From IMG/VR virus record IMGVR_UViG_3300005083_000010: a stretch of 64,000 nt of DNA, one strand, 5' to 3'. Of this stretch, positions 8,762-18,900 are shown piece after piece. Positions within the stretch are counted from its first letter, which is position 1; each line of letters begins with the position of its first letter. Under the pieces are notes generated by a model that ran no database searches, was not told the DNA's origin, and was given only the letters and a program-made list of their open reading frames with translations. The position numbers and the translations under genes are program-made. The DNA comes from an uncultured virus (IMG/VR IMGVR_UViG_3300005083_000010). Lineage: Duplodnaviria > Heunggongvirae > Uroviricota > Caudoviricetes.

Positions 8762-8980
8762 TTACCCCGTAATCACGTATATTGTTCCGGGCGTCTTAAC
8801 GTCAAGGGCGTCATACGCGGCTTGCGTCGTCTCGACCACAACGCCCACACCCACATTCCCGCTTGACGTGCCGACGAAAAGACTGCCGGTGTCCGTGCAG
8901 AACCCCGGCTCGCCCGGATTCAGCGTCGGCAGTTGCGCCTGTGCGCCACGGTAAAATTGTATGTTCTGATTCCTTGCCAT
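8762..8980 (-). CDS. Mini tail-fibre adaptor (Mtd_N-like domain + QAAYDAL..TIYVI motif)
   Basis: IQFYRG..LNPGEPGFCTDTG.LFVG. Confidence 0.75.
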   Translation of the reverse strand: MARNQNIQFYRGAQAQLPTLNPGEPGFCTDTGSLFVGTSSGNVGVGVVVETTQAAYDALDVKTPGTIYVITG

Positions 8981-9004
8981 CGGCGTCTTGTCCTTTCTGT
9001 GTTA

Positions 9005-9838
9005 TCATGAAATCATTACGTTCTGATTATTTAAAACATAACTACCATTTGTTTTTACAATCGCCCCTGAATTGATTGTATATGTGTTAAGCCGCACGAT
9101 AGAGCCTTGATCTGCTTGAATGGCGTTTCCCGTAGAAGTTATTGTAATATTGTTAATAAAAGCTTCGCCACCCAAAGCATAAATGCCCGAACCAGAAGAT
9201 ATTGTAATTGGTGAAGCTGCCCAAACCTTTGAGTATTGTACGCTTAAGCCCCCGGAACCTGATGTCCCAAATGTATATGGATAAGTATTTAATAGCCAAA
9301 CTTCAGGGCACATATAGGTTAAAAACGCACTCGCAAGACTTACCGGTGCTGCACCATAGTTACACATTGTCACCCGTTTACAGTAAGAAAAAGTTAGGCA
9401 CGGCAATAATGTTGGTGTTGCCGTACTACCGAGAAACGCTATAAACAAGGGCAATTGAAAATTGTTAATTTGCCAATCGGTAGTAGTCGTGCCGGAATAA
9501 TCCCCGGCTTTTACCCTAACATTTACACACGTCTCATTGGCTGATGAGCCGTAGTTTATCAGCCATGGCGCTTGAAACCTCGCTAATGCCGCTTTAAGCG
9601 TAGGTGCGGCATAAGTAGAACCCCAGTCTATTCCGGTACCCGTAGCGCCCGCTTCTATACATACGGTCACCTCTGTTGACATGTTGTTAAGACTACTCGC
9701 CCCTATCTCCTTATTACCGCTTGACGATCCCACAAACAGCTTGCCGGTGTCCGTGCAGAACCCCGGCTCGCCCTCGTTTAGTGTCGGAATGGACGATTGC
9801 GCCCCGCGTAAAAACCTAATCAGTTGATTCCTTGCCAT
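9005..9838 (-). CDS. Tail fibre/receptor-binding protein (Mtd_N-like N-terminus, beta-rich C-terminus)
   Basis: Same N-terminal module; AT-richer C-terminal part. Confidence 0.75.
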   Translation of the reverse strand: MARNQLIRFLRGAQSSIPTLNEGEPGFCTDTGKLFVGSSSGNKEIGASSLNNMSTEVTVCIEAGATGTGIDWGSTYAAPTLKAALARFQAPWLINYGSSANETCVNVRVKAGDYSGTTTTDWQINNFQLPLFIAFLGSTATPTLLPCLTFSYCKRVTMCNYGAAPVSLASAFLTYMCPEVWLLNTYPYTFGTSGSGGLSVQYSKVWAASPITISSGSGIYALGGEAFINNITITSTGNAIQADQGSIVRLNTYTINSGAIVKTNGSYVLNNQNVMIS

Positions 9839-9869
9839 TAGCCTATCAATCCTTTCCGCGCGGCGGCTG

Positions 9870-10001
9870 TCACTTCTCGCCGCCGCCTGTTATTTCTTCG
9901 TACTGCTCTTGTGTGATAACGCCCTTCTTTACAGCAAGCGCCACCATTGCCGCGTTCCACAGCCCGCGTTCGTAATTCCTCTTTATCGTTTCATACGTCA
10001 T
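9870..10001 (-). CDS. XkdX-family small protein
   Basis: Own translation MTYETIKRNYERGLWNAAMVALAVRKGVITQEQYEEITG. Confidence 0.85.
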   Translation of the reverse strand: MTYETIKRNYERGLWNAAMVALAVKKGVITQEQYEEITGGGEK

Positions 10002-10005
10002 AATT

Positions 10006-10350
10006 TTAGCCCTCCAAACTCAACAGGTTTTGAAACTCAAGCGCCGCCGCGATACGTTCCTCCGCTGTAAGCGGTACTTCTACGGCGGGCGGGTTTTCCT
10101 CATACGCCGTTATCGCGTCAAGCACGTCTTGGTCGGTCATGTCATCGCTGATAAGCCCAAGCTTTGCCGCCCGCTCCTTCATTGCGCTAAACTCGTACCA
10201 CACCGCAAGCGAATACGGCTGATCCGCTATGACGTGCTTGAACGTAGGCAGCGCCGCCGCAGGATACCGTGCTATCACCTGTTCCGGTGTTAGCACCTCG
10301 CCTATCGGTGTTATGAGTGTCTCTTGCTTGTCCCAGATTTTATACTTCAT
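10006..10350 (-). CDS. Putative tail-fibre assembly chaperone
   Basis: Lies before XkdX; PLTAEERIAAALE C-terminus. Confidence 0.6.
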   Translation of the reverse strand: MKYKIWDKQETLITPIGEVLTPEQVIARYPAAALPTFKHVIADQPYSLAVWYEFSAMKERAAKLGLISDDMTDQDVLDAITAYEENPPAVEVPLTAEERIAAALEFQNLLSLEG

Positions 10351-10376
10351 TACCTTTAATCCCTCCTTAAGGTTTA

Positions 10377-11510
10377 TTAGCTGAATGTGAAAGCGTCTAC
10401 CGCCGCTGTCATGTCATAATAGTAGTCGTATTCATTGTCGTAATCTATTCTGCCGCCTGCCGCTATTACCGTGTTCCCTACAAACGTACAACCCGGATAG
10501 GTACCATAATCCCAATGCCCTACTTGATCCGCCCAATAAATGCCCGTAGTACCCGAATAGTATGTATGAGTGAGCGCGTGATCCCAAACACCCACAATAC
10601 TGTTGCAGCCTATTTCATACGCAGAACCTGTATACCAATCTCCGCGAATCGTAGTCGGCTCCGTACCGCCTAACGGTAAACCGTCATAATCCCTTGTACA
10701 GAAATTCGGTGAAACCAAACTAACGGTAAGATCCGGGAATATCACCATGCTGTATGTCATATAGCTGTAACTTGTCGCCTCGTGTAAAATGGCGTAATAT
10801 GGGGTCCCAGTCCCCCAATCTCCCCAATGGTTATACGAGCCCGCACCATATAGATTTACCTCCGTCATGGTTAATGATGTATCCCAACAGTAGTAAGGCT
10901 CGCCCCCGTTTGCTGGATTGCCCCCGCCTATTATCATATGAGTAGGTGTAGAAACGCCACCAACGTGATCGGCTACCCCTGATGTAGAAAGTGTTGTAAG
11001 AGTGAGCGCGGCGTTGTATACGTCAAAGCTACCAAAAACGAAAAACCCACCGTAACTGCTATTCCGCACCCTTACATCATCGCTATTAAAACCCCACGCC
11101 GTACACGCTACGTTTGAATGCGTCAGGCTTGCGTTGTACACGTCAAGCACACCATCTGTGCTCAGGTTGCGGAAAAGTGCGTAAGCACCCACCCCCACGC
11201 TGTTCATTATCTGCGCCGACGTGGAATCCGCTACCGCAACCTGTGTAAGGCTTGAGTTGTAGGCTTGCACCGTTTTGTCCGAGCTACTGTCATTCTTTTT
11301 AGCAAACACCGCGTAGTTGCCCACCGTCTCACCTACGGTTATGCGCGCAGACGATAACGACTGCAAGGCTTGCGGCGCTCCCGGCGTAAGCGCGTCGGTT
11401 ACCTTCTCCCACACCGTCGTTGTGCCGAAGATCACCTTTGTCACGTTTGAGCCGCCCCACGTTATTGTCCCGCTTGTCGGCACCTCCGTACCGTCCCAAA
11501 TAAGCGCCAA
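10377..11510 (-). CDS. Tail-associated beta-repeat (propeller-like) protein
   Basis: VTKVIFGTTTVW N-terminal motif; repeated (D)VYNASLT units. Confidence 0.65.
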   Translation of the reverse strand: MALIWDGTEVPTSGTITWGGSNVTKVIFGTTTVWEKVTDALTPGAPQALQSLSSARITVGETVGNYAVFAKKNDSSSDKTVQAYNSSLTQVAVADSTSAQIMNSVGVGAYALFRNLSTDGVLDVYNASLTHSNVACTAWGFNSDDVRVRNSSYGGFFVFGSFDVYNAALTLTTLSTSGVADHVGGVSTPTHMIIGGGNPANGGEPYYCWDTSLTMTEVNLYGAGSYNHWGDWGTGTPYYAILHEATSYSYMTYSMVIFPDLTVSLVSPNFCTRDYDGLPLGGTEPTTIRGDWYTGSAYEIGCNSIVGVWDHALTHTYYSGTTGIYWADQVGHWDYGTYPGCTFVGNTVIAAGGRIDYDNEYDYYYDMTAAVDAFTFS

Positions 11511-11525
11511 TCAAATCACCTCTCC

Positions 11526-12029
11526 CTACGACACGCTTGTTACTACGTTCTGTTTGCTGAATGTGCCGCTCGAAGTCTGCACCGTGCGTGTGTAATCGTG
11601 AACGTGCGACGAGACCGTATGCGAGTGCGAAGGACCCGTGTGCGTGTGCGTGCCTGTCGCAACCGCCGTCGTGGACACAAGCGTCAGCGTCGTCCCTGAC
11701 AGCGTGCCGGTTACGACATTCACCGTCCCGCTCGGAGCGCCGGTTGCGCCTGTCCCGCCCGTGCCTGTCGTAAGACTGCCCGAACCGCCGGTGCTTACCG
11801 TTTCCGTGCTTACCGAGCCGACATACGACCCCGTGTTCGTTATGCCGTACGCCGCCGTGGTAACCGTAAGCGGAGCGCCACCGTCGTCCGCGCCTATCTC
11901 CACGTTCCCGTTAGCCGAGCCGATGTACAGCTTGCCTGTGTCTGTGCAGAAACCCGGCTCTCCCTCATTCAAGGAGGGAAGGGAAGCTTCCGCTCCCCTG
12001 AAAAATTTAATTAGCTTGTTCCTTGCCAT
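11526..12029 (-). CDS. Tail fibre with Mtd_N-like domain and HxH metal-binding motifs
   Basis: GEPGFCTDTG; THTHTGPSHSHTVSSHVHD. Confidence 0.75.
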   Translation of the reverse strand: MARNKLIKFFRGAEASLPSLNEGEPGFCTDTGKLYIGSANGNVEIGADDGGAPLTVTTAAYGITNTGSYVGSVSTETVSTGGSGSLTTGTGGTGATGAPSGTVNVVTGTLSGTTLTLVSTTAVATGTHTHTGPSHSHTVSSHVHDYTRTVQTSSGTFSKQNVVTSVS

Positions 12030-12052
12030 TTACCCTACCTCCTTAGCGCGTC

Positions 12053-12898
12053 TTAGAACGTGCCGCCGTCTATGCCTGTGGGCACCGCCGCCGTAATCGC
12101 CGCCGTTACAAACGCCGTCGTCGCTATCTGCGTGGTGTTAGTCCCCGCCGCAGCCGTGGGCGCTGTAGGCGTACCGGTAAGCGCGGGACTTGCCAAAGGC
12201 GCTTTAAGCGCTATCTGGTCAAACAGGCTCTTAATGTTGTCCGCGTAACGCTGTGAAAGCGTCCTGAGTGAGTGCGTACCCGCCGTGGCTTGCGTGGTGC
12301 TTGCCGCAGGAGCCGTAATCGTCACCGATACAGGCACGCTTATGTTGCCGCCGGTGTCTGTTACGGTGCCTGTCGCGTTGTCGTCGCCCCCGATCGTCCT
12401 GTTAAGCCCGAGCGGAGTAAGTATCTCCTTCCAGTTTGCAAGCGTTGAAGCCGGTGTCTGCGCAAGGATAAACGTCTTGTTTACGTCCGTGCGTATGCAG
12501 ACATCACCTTGCCCCGCAGACGATAACGCAAGCATTGCCGCCTCCGTGGTCGCCGTGAATACGTCCGTCAGCGCAAGCGAAGGTATCATACCCGCGTCAA
12601 GCTTGCCGTTCGCGTCAAGCTTTACAAGATCGCCCGCAGCCGTGCCGGTCTCGCCGGTCAGCCAGTCGGCAAGCGCCTTAGCCGTTACAAGCTTGCCCTC
12701 CGTGTCTGTACCTGTGGCAATCTGTGCCGTCGTCAGCACGTTAAACGATGTGCCATCAGGATTGATAAGCACCTTGTTTGTGCCGTCAGAGATGTACAGT
12801 TTACCTGTGTCTGTAGTGAATGCAGGCTCGCCCGCAAGCAGCGTCGCCGAAGCCAGATTCGCCGCAAGACCTCTCTTTAATTGAATTGTTGTTGACAT
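12053..12898 (-). CDS. Tail fibre protein (Mtd_N-like, ASPALTGTPTAPT motif, C-terminal DGGTF)
   Basis: IQLKRG..GEPAFTTDTG; KAPLASPALTGTPTAPTAAAGTNTTQIATTAFV. Confidence 0.85.
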   Translation of the reverse strand: MSTTIQLKRGLAANLASATLLAGEPAFTTDTGKLYISDGTNKVLINPDGTSFNVLTTAQIATGTDTEGKLVTAKALADWLTGETGTAAGDLVKLDANGKLDAGMIPSLALTDVFTATTEAAMLALSSAGQGDVCIRTDVNKTFILAQTPASTLANWKEILTPLGLNRTIGGDDNATGTVTDTGGNISVPVSVTITAPAASTTQATAGTHSLRTLSQRYADNIKSLFDQIALKAPLASPALTGTPTAPTAAAGTNTTQIATTAFVTAAITAAVPTGIDGGTF

Positions 12899-12955
12899 AC
12901 TACTAATCCCCCTTCATTGTGTTTGTTTCACCGTCACCTATATCTATCCAACGCC

Positions 12956-13282
12956 TTAGAACGTCCCGCCGTCTACGTTCGTTAGCGTTAATAGCCCCGC
13001 GTCTGCCGCGTCCACCCATTCGCCGTCCAATATCACATACGGACCCCCGCTTGCCGGTACATCGTCAGGCAGTCCCGCGTCCTCCGCTAACTGCCACGCT
13101 CCGTCAATCCATACATACGGTCCCCCTGTGCTTGGCGGCGCGGGTAAAGTACCGCCGCCCGCAAGCAATTCCTCCGCATATCTGCATACCCTTGTTACTG
13201 TAGGCACATTGCTCCCCCCTCCGCTTGAACTACCGCCCGAGCCGCCGCCCGAGCCTGACCCGCCTATCGCTATTAGCGCCAT
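12956..13282 (-). CDS. Small tail-associated protein with internal duplication and C-terminal DGGTF
   Basis: GGPYVWIDGAW / GGPYVILDGEW repeat. Confidence 0.6.
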   Translation of the reverse strand: MALIAIGGSGSGGGSGGSSSGGGSNVPTVTRVCRYAEELLAGGGTLPAPPSTGGPYVWIDGAWQLAEDAGLPDDVPASGGPYVILDGEWVDAADAGLLTLTNVDGGTF

Positions 13283-13283
13283 C

Positions 13284-13715
13284 TTAGTTTGCCTCCGCTA
13301 ATTTACTTATTGAGACTATCGAGCCGCCTTGTACGTCCTTCCAATAGCTTTTGTTCGCCCGCACGTCAAGGTGTGTGAACGAGTTGCCGTTGTGCGTGTA
13401 AACGCCTATGCCCTTGAAGCCTAATTCCTCGCCTATCACCGCTATCTGATACGGCGTGTACCCCGACACCTTCACGTCCGCTGCCTTGCCGAGCAGGTGC
13501 TGTGACGCGGGCGCGCCGCCGCACTTCGTGTTGTACTCCGGCGTACGATACGCGCTGCACACCACAACCGCCTTGCCCACCTTGTCCCGCAGCGCTTGCA
13601 GCTTTGTCACCAAGTCCATGTTGATAATCACCTTGCCGCTCCCGTCGTTGCAGTCAAACTCGCTAAGCTTGAAATTCTTTGTAAGGTTAAAATCCTCCAA
13701 CACCTGATACGTCAT
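13284..13715 (-). CDS. Peptidase M15A endolysin
   Basis: NFKLSEF..SAYRT..N..GGA..SQHLLGKAAD..HLDVR zinc motifs. Confidence 0.9.
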   Translation of the reverse strand: MTYQVLEDFNLTKNFKLSEFDCNDGSGKVIINMDLVTKLQALRDKVGKAVVVCSAYRTPEYNTKCGGAPASQHLLGKAADVKVSGYTPYQIAVIGEELGFKGIGVYTHNGNSFTHLDVRANKSYWKDVQGGSIVSISKLAEAN

Positions 13716-14068
13716 GCACTCCCACCTTCCTTTTGCTTCGACATTGCGTCCTCCATCACCATAATCCGTTCTATCCGCGCGTCATTCATCTCGTCCTCCG
13801 CGCTTCTAAGCTCCCCGAGCGCCCGCGTTATCCCGCCTGTGGGCGAACCGTCAACCACCGTCGACCCTATCACATCTACCGTCTTAACCACCTTGCTAAT
13901 CATCTTGTCCTTTGCCCGCTCATACTTCATGCGGGAAGTCTCATAGGAATCAACCTTGGTTTCTACACGTTTCACGTGCTTGTTGTTAAGCCACGCCGCG
14001 CCGAGTACCCCTACCACCGGAAGAACAATCCCAAGCAAGCTAAGCATTTCACCGTACGTCACGCCCAT
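13712..14068 (-). CDS. Holin-like single-TM protein
   Basis: TGATG coupling to the upstream gene, one TM, coiled cytoplasmic tail, ATGA coupling to the endolysin. Confidence 0.6.
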   Translation of the reverse strand: MGVTYGEMLSLLGIVLPVVGVLGAAWLNNKHVKRVETKVDSYETSRMKYERAKDKMISKVVKTVDVIGSTVVDGSPTGGITRALGELRSAEDEMNDARIERIMVMEDAMSKQKEGGSA

Positions 14069-14652
14069 CACGCCCCCTTGCGTTCTGCGGCTATATCCAG
14101 TATTGGCACAGCCACCGCCCATAACAAAAGCAAATCGTACAGCAGAAGCAACCACAGCGGCGCGTCCGCAATAACATTTTCTGATATGCCCGCCACAATC
14201 AGATAGTCGCCTAAGTCTGTCGGCACCCATCGGAAGTACATGGCTATCTTGCCAAACTCGCTGTCTGTCTCGTACGTCCCCGATTTCGCCGAATACACAA
14301 TGCTTGCAAACCTCGGGTTGCTTGTCGGATCGTATATGTACTGTTCATCGTCCGGCACGCCTATTTCCGCTACGCGCCGCGAAAGCTGTTTCAGCGCCCC
14401 ATCGTACAGCACCCCGACGGTGTGCGCCTGCGCGTCTATCGCCTGCGCGTCGCTCACAAGCGATTGTTCGTACAAGTCCTTCGTGTCGGTGTAATCGCCC
14501 CAGAGCAGAATGTCCTCGTCCAAGTCGTCACAGATGATGTCCACGATAGTCTTTTGTGCGTTGAACATGCTGTCGTAATTCTGTTTCGTAAAGCCGTTGT
14601 GCATGACGTTCAGCACTATGCCAAGTCCTACAAGACATACAATCAGGCTCAT
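14068..14652 (-). CDS. Two-TM membrane protein with a sensor-like (Cache/PAS-type) extracellular domain
   Basis: TM - long helix - beta-rich segment - TM, almost no cytoplasmic domain. Confidence 0.55.
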   Translation of the reverse strand: MSLIVCLVGLGIVLNVMHNGFTKQNYDSMFNAQKTIVDIICDDLDEDILLWGDYTDTKDLYEQSLVSDAQAIDAQAHTVGVLYDGALKQLSRRVAEIGVPDDEQYIYDPTSNPRFASIVYSAKSGTYETDSEFGKIAMYFRWVPTDLGDYLIVAGISENVIADAPLWLLLLYDLLLLWAVAVPILDIAAERKGA

Positions 14653-14696
14653 TCGTGTTTTGAAGTGTTTAATGTTCGTCGCAATCTCTCCTTTAC

Positions 14697-15364
<668 letters not shown>

Positions 15365-15368
<4 letters not shown>

Positions 15369-15820
15369 GGAATCGTCACCTCGTCACATAAAATAAATTT
15401 AGGGGGCTTTAGGTCTGTCAGCGTTGTAACCCCTCCGTCAGCGTATGTAAGCTGTATGTCATACACGTAGATACCGGGCGGTATGCGCCCTGTGTTGCGC
15501 GGGTAAATGCAAATCGACATCGAGCCGTCTCTGTTTGGCGCACACGTCTTTTGCAGAAGCACTCGTGATAACCACGGCGAATGCCATTGCGCGTGACCGG
15601 GCAGCCTGTGCCGCACCGTAAAGCGCACCCTGTCCATCGGCTCAAACGGAACCACGCTGTAACCGCGCTGTCGGATATGGCTTGCTATGCGGTCACTTCC
15701 GTCGTCGATGAAAAGCGCGGGAGTTGTCGGCGCGTCAGACTTCACTACCTTTAGCAGCGTGATTGAATCGCTGTCGCCCCGCGTCATTCTTATATCCCAG
15801 TTCTTTACGTCCACCGCCAT
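15365..15820 (-). CDS. BppU-like fibre-attachment protein
   Basis: [26 protein letters not shown]; start taken after the leader terminator. Confidence 0.65.
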
Positions 15821-15831
15821 CACCCCCATAG

Positions 15832-15945
15832 AAAAAGCCGCCCTAAGACAGACGTTGTACACGTCTGTCCTTGGCGGCTGTTTGAAACAACCTTCACAAC
15901 TATTCAACTACTACCATTATACCACAAACAAAAATTTTGTTAAGT
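15832..15945 (-). promoter_or_regulatory. Late promoter + structured terminator/antiterminator leader, copy A
   Basis: TTAACA-16-TATAAT (TGTG extended); leader nearly identical to 37347-37426; hairpin followed by TTTTT. Confidence 0.8.
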
Positions 15946-15948
15946 CTT

Positions 15949-18900
15949 TTACCAACCTAAATCAGCTTTTAATTTCTTCCATTTCGTGTCAGTATTGATG
16001 GATTCAAGGAACGCTATCTCCGCCGCCGACAACCCGCTAACCGCTTGCGCCGCCTCTACCCATTCGTCCTTGTCGTAACTGCCGTGTCCCTTCTCACCAT
16101 CAGGTTGGTCTACCGCTCTAAGCTCCGCCATGAACGCGATGTACTCCGCCGTGCTCATGCCCGACATCTGCGCCGCCGCGTCCGCTTTTTCTATCCATGA
16201 GGACGCGCTCGGGAGTGTGTATGTCTTGTCTGTCGCAAGCTTGTCCTTCTTGTCCGCGTAGTCGTACGCCCACGCGGTAGCCTTGTCTTTCAGCGCTTCG
16301 TCGAGTGCCTTGTACGCGGCGGAGCTTGTAAGTTCCATGTACACGGGCTTGTATATCTTCTCCTGCGCCGCCGTCCTCGGATTCACAAGGTAGTCGCGTT
16401 CGTATGCCGATAACCCTGACACCTTCGCCGCCGCTTCTTTCTTTTCCTCCGTGTCGTAACTGCCGTGTCCTTTCTCGCCCTCCGGCTCGTCTACGGACTT
16501 TAGCGCCGACCGATACAGTATGTAGTCTGTCGTGGATATCCCCATAACCGTTTCGGCGTTCCGCGCGTCCGACATCCAATCCGTTTCCTTGTCCGTACCC
16601 GCCTTGTCGTAATAGTCGTTCGCAAGCTGCCGCATTGCCGCCTTGTCCGCGTCAGACGCAGACGTGTATATCTTCGACGTAAGCACTTCGTCCATGAATG
16701 CGTTGTATTCGGCTTCCTCGTCGGGCGACACGTAGCGCTTCTCTAATTCCTTCACGCTTTTTGTGTCAGCTTCTGCTTTCATGCGGCTCTCCATCTGCGC
16801 CTTTATCTTGTCAGCCGTCGTCGCCGTGTCCGTTCCCCACATATCGCGCGCTATCATGTCGTCGTATATGCGCTTGTACGCTTCGGGATCTGTCTGCTTC
16901 GCCTCATACAGCAAATCCATGTATGTCTTAAGGTTTGACGACACGCCCTGCCGCAAAGTGTACGTAGCAAGCTTGTACTGCAATTCGACATTGTTTGTCG
17001 CGCCGGTTATGGTGTTTACGATAGACATCACATCACGCTTCACGTTATACACCGGCACCCCTAAAAGCCTTGCCGTTTCAGCAAACAAATCACTCCACGC
17101 GCTAAGCGGCGTGTACTTGCCCGAGCCTGACTGCGCTTTCATCACGTTCTGGATTGCGGAGCTTAGGTTCGCAAACCCCTCCATGTCCATACGCGACACG
17201 TCATAGCCTTGGAAGATTGACACGACGTCTTTGACGTATGGTATATACTGCAATGGATTAAACGCGCTGCCCAAATTACCTTTCAGCATGTGCGTGGTAA
17301 ACCAACCCTCGCCGTCCTCGCCCTTCCCGAAAAACTGCGCGAGCATTTTCTCCCAAAAGCTAAGTTCGTCATCGTCGTCACGCAAGGCGTCTACGAACGA
17401 TTGTACGGCGGCGTTGACGGACAGCGACGCCGCAAGTGACAGCACCGTGGCGGCTATCTTCTTCCGCGCCGCGTTCTTTTCGGTTTGGGTCGTCGCCCCC
17501 TTCAAGTCATACATAGCTGAAACAAACATGTTGTACTGCATTGTCGGCTCTGACATAAACGCCGTTGCCATCTGATTTATCGCGTTGTGCGACCGCATTA
17601 TCTGCGACCGCTGCAATGTGCCGTCAACAACCTGCGTGTTGTCTATAACCTCGCCAAACCGCTCCGCCACCGCCGCGTAAAATTCCTCCGTACCGGGCTT
17701 GAGTGACTTGTGCTTCGCCTTGGTTTCCGCTTCTATCGCGTTCCACAACACGCCCCACCCAAAGCTATCCATGCCCGACGCCGGTGCCATCGACAACTCG
17801 CGCGCTTTCTCAAGTGGCGTCTCGCTGTTAAACAGTATCTCCTTAAGCTTCTTGCCCGTCTGCACGTCAAAGTTGCCCCACGCTTTCCATTGCGCGATTG
17901 GCGCGTATTTAACCGCTTTTTGCCACCCTGCCACCACGTTTTTAGCACTTCCCGGTATGAAGTATATCGGGTTTACCATCTGCATACCGCGTATTATCGC
18001 CGTGGGCTGCTGCAAAATAACGCGGAGGTTCAAGCCCACAGCCGCCGCCTTGTAGTTGCGCATAAACCGCCCCGTAAGACTGCTGTCGTCCGTGGCGTTC
18101 CCCACTATGTCGCGCAGGAGCGTGTCAACGTAGCTTACACCCCGCTTGTCGCCCATTACTTGGTCTATAAGGTTCTTAACCGTCGTAACAAGGTTCCCGT
18201 CGTCGTCGCGGAATTTATAGTTCTTCACGCGGTTAATATCCTCAAGCACCGGCATGTATCCGGCGTAAGTCGCCATGCCGCCTAAATGCTCGCTGAACGT
18301 GTCAAACACGCTCCCGATGTATATAGACGTTTTAGCGTTAGGCGCAATCGGCTTCGCGAAACTTACGTTCTTAAGCGACGGCGTTGTAAAGCTTGCCGAT
18401 TCACCCGCTTTACTGTTAATCTCGTTCGTGTTTACGCGTATCGACCAGTAATCCGGCTCTGTAAACTTCTTGTAGTTAAACACCCGCATTGACGCTTCGT
18501 TGCCCTCGTTCGCGAGCACCGTTGACGCGTAAGCCCGCAGCGCGTCCGCGACCGCTCTTTCCCCCGGTGACAGAAGCGCGACCGCCGCCCTAACCTCGTC
18601 TTCGGTTATGCCGCTCACCGGCGTTGCGCTCTGCTTAACGTCCATTAAGCCCTTCTTGACCGTCGGAAGTACAATACCGCCTGTTAGTATGTGCGCCATG
18701 CCTTGATCACGTTCGCTCAAGTTGTAAAGCTCCATAAGCCCCGCGACCGTAAGCTCCCATTCCTCGCCCCCGAGTGTCACCGTTACCTTAGTGTCCTCAA
18801 GCTTGCGCACGTCAATGTCGTAATCCTTCAAAGCCTGTAGCGTGTATTCCCTTGCGGCTTCTATAATAGCGATCGTCTTGTCTTGCGCTTCACGCAGGCT

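Noticed and set aside
8762..12898. Diversity-generating retroelement suggested by Mtd_N-like domains
   Set aside because: No reverse transcriptase and no TR/VR pair with adenine-specific mismatches seen; the repeats are at N-termini
15821..15907. Shared N-terminal protein domain MNSCEGCFKQPPR (also 37276-37422)
   Set aside because: It is the translation of the duplicated non-coding leader; proper RBSs lie downstream
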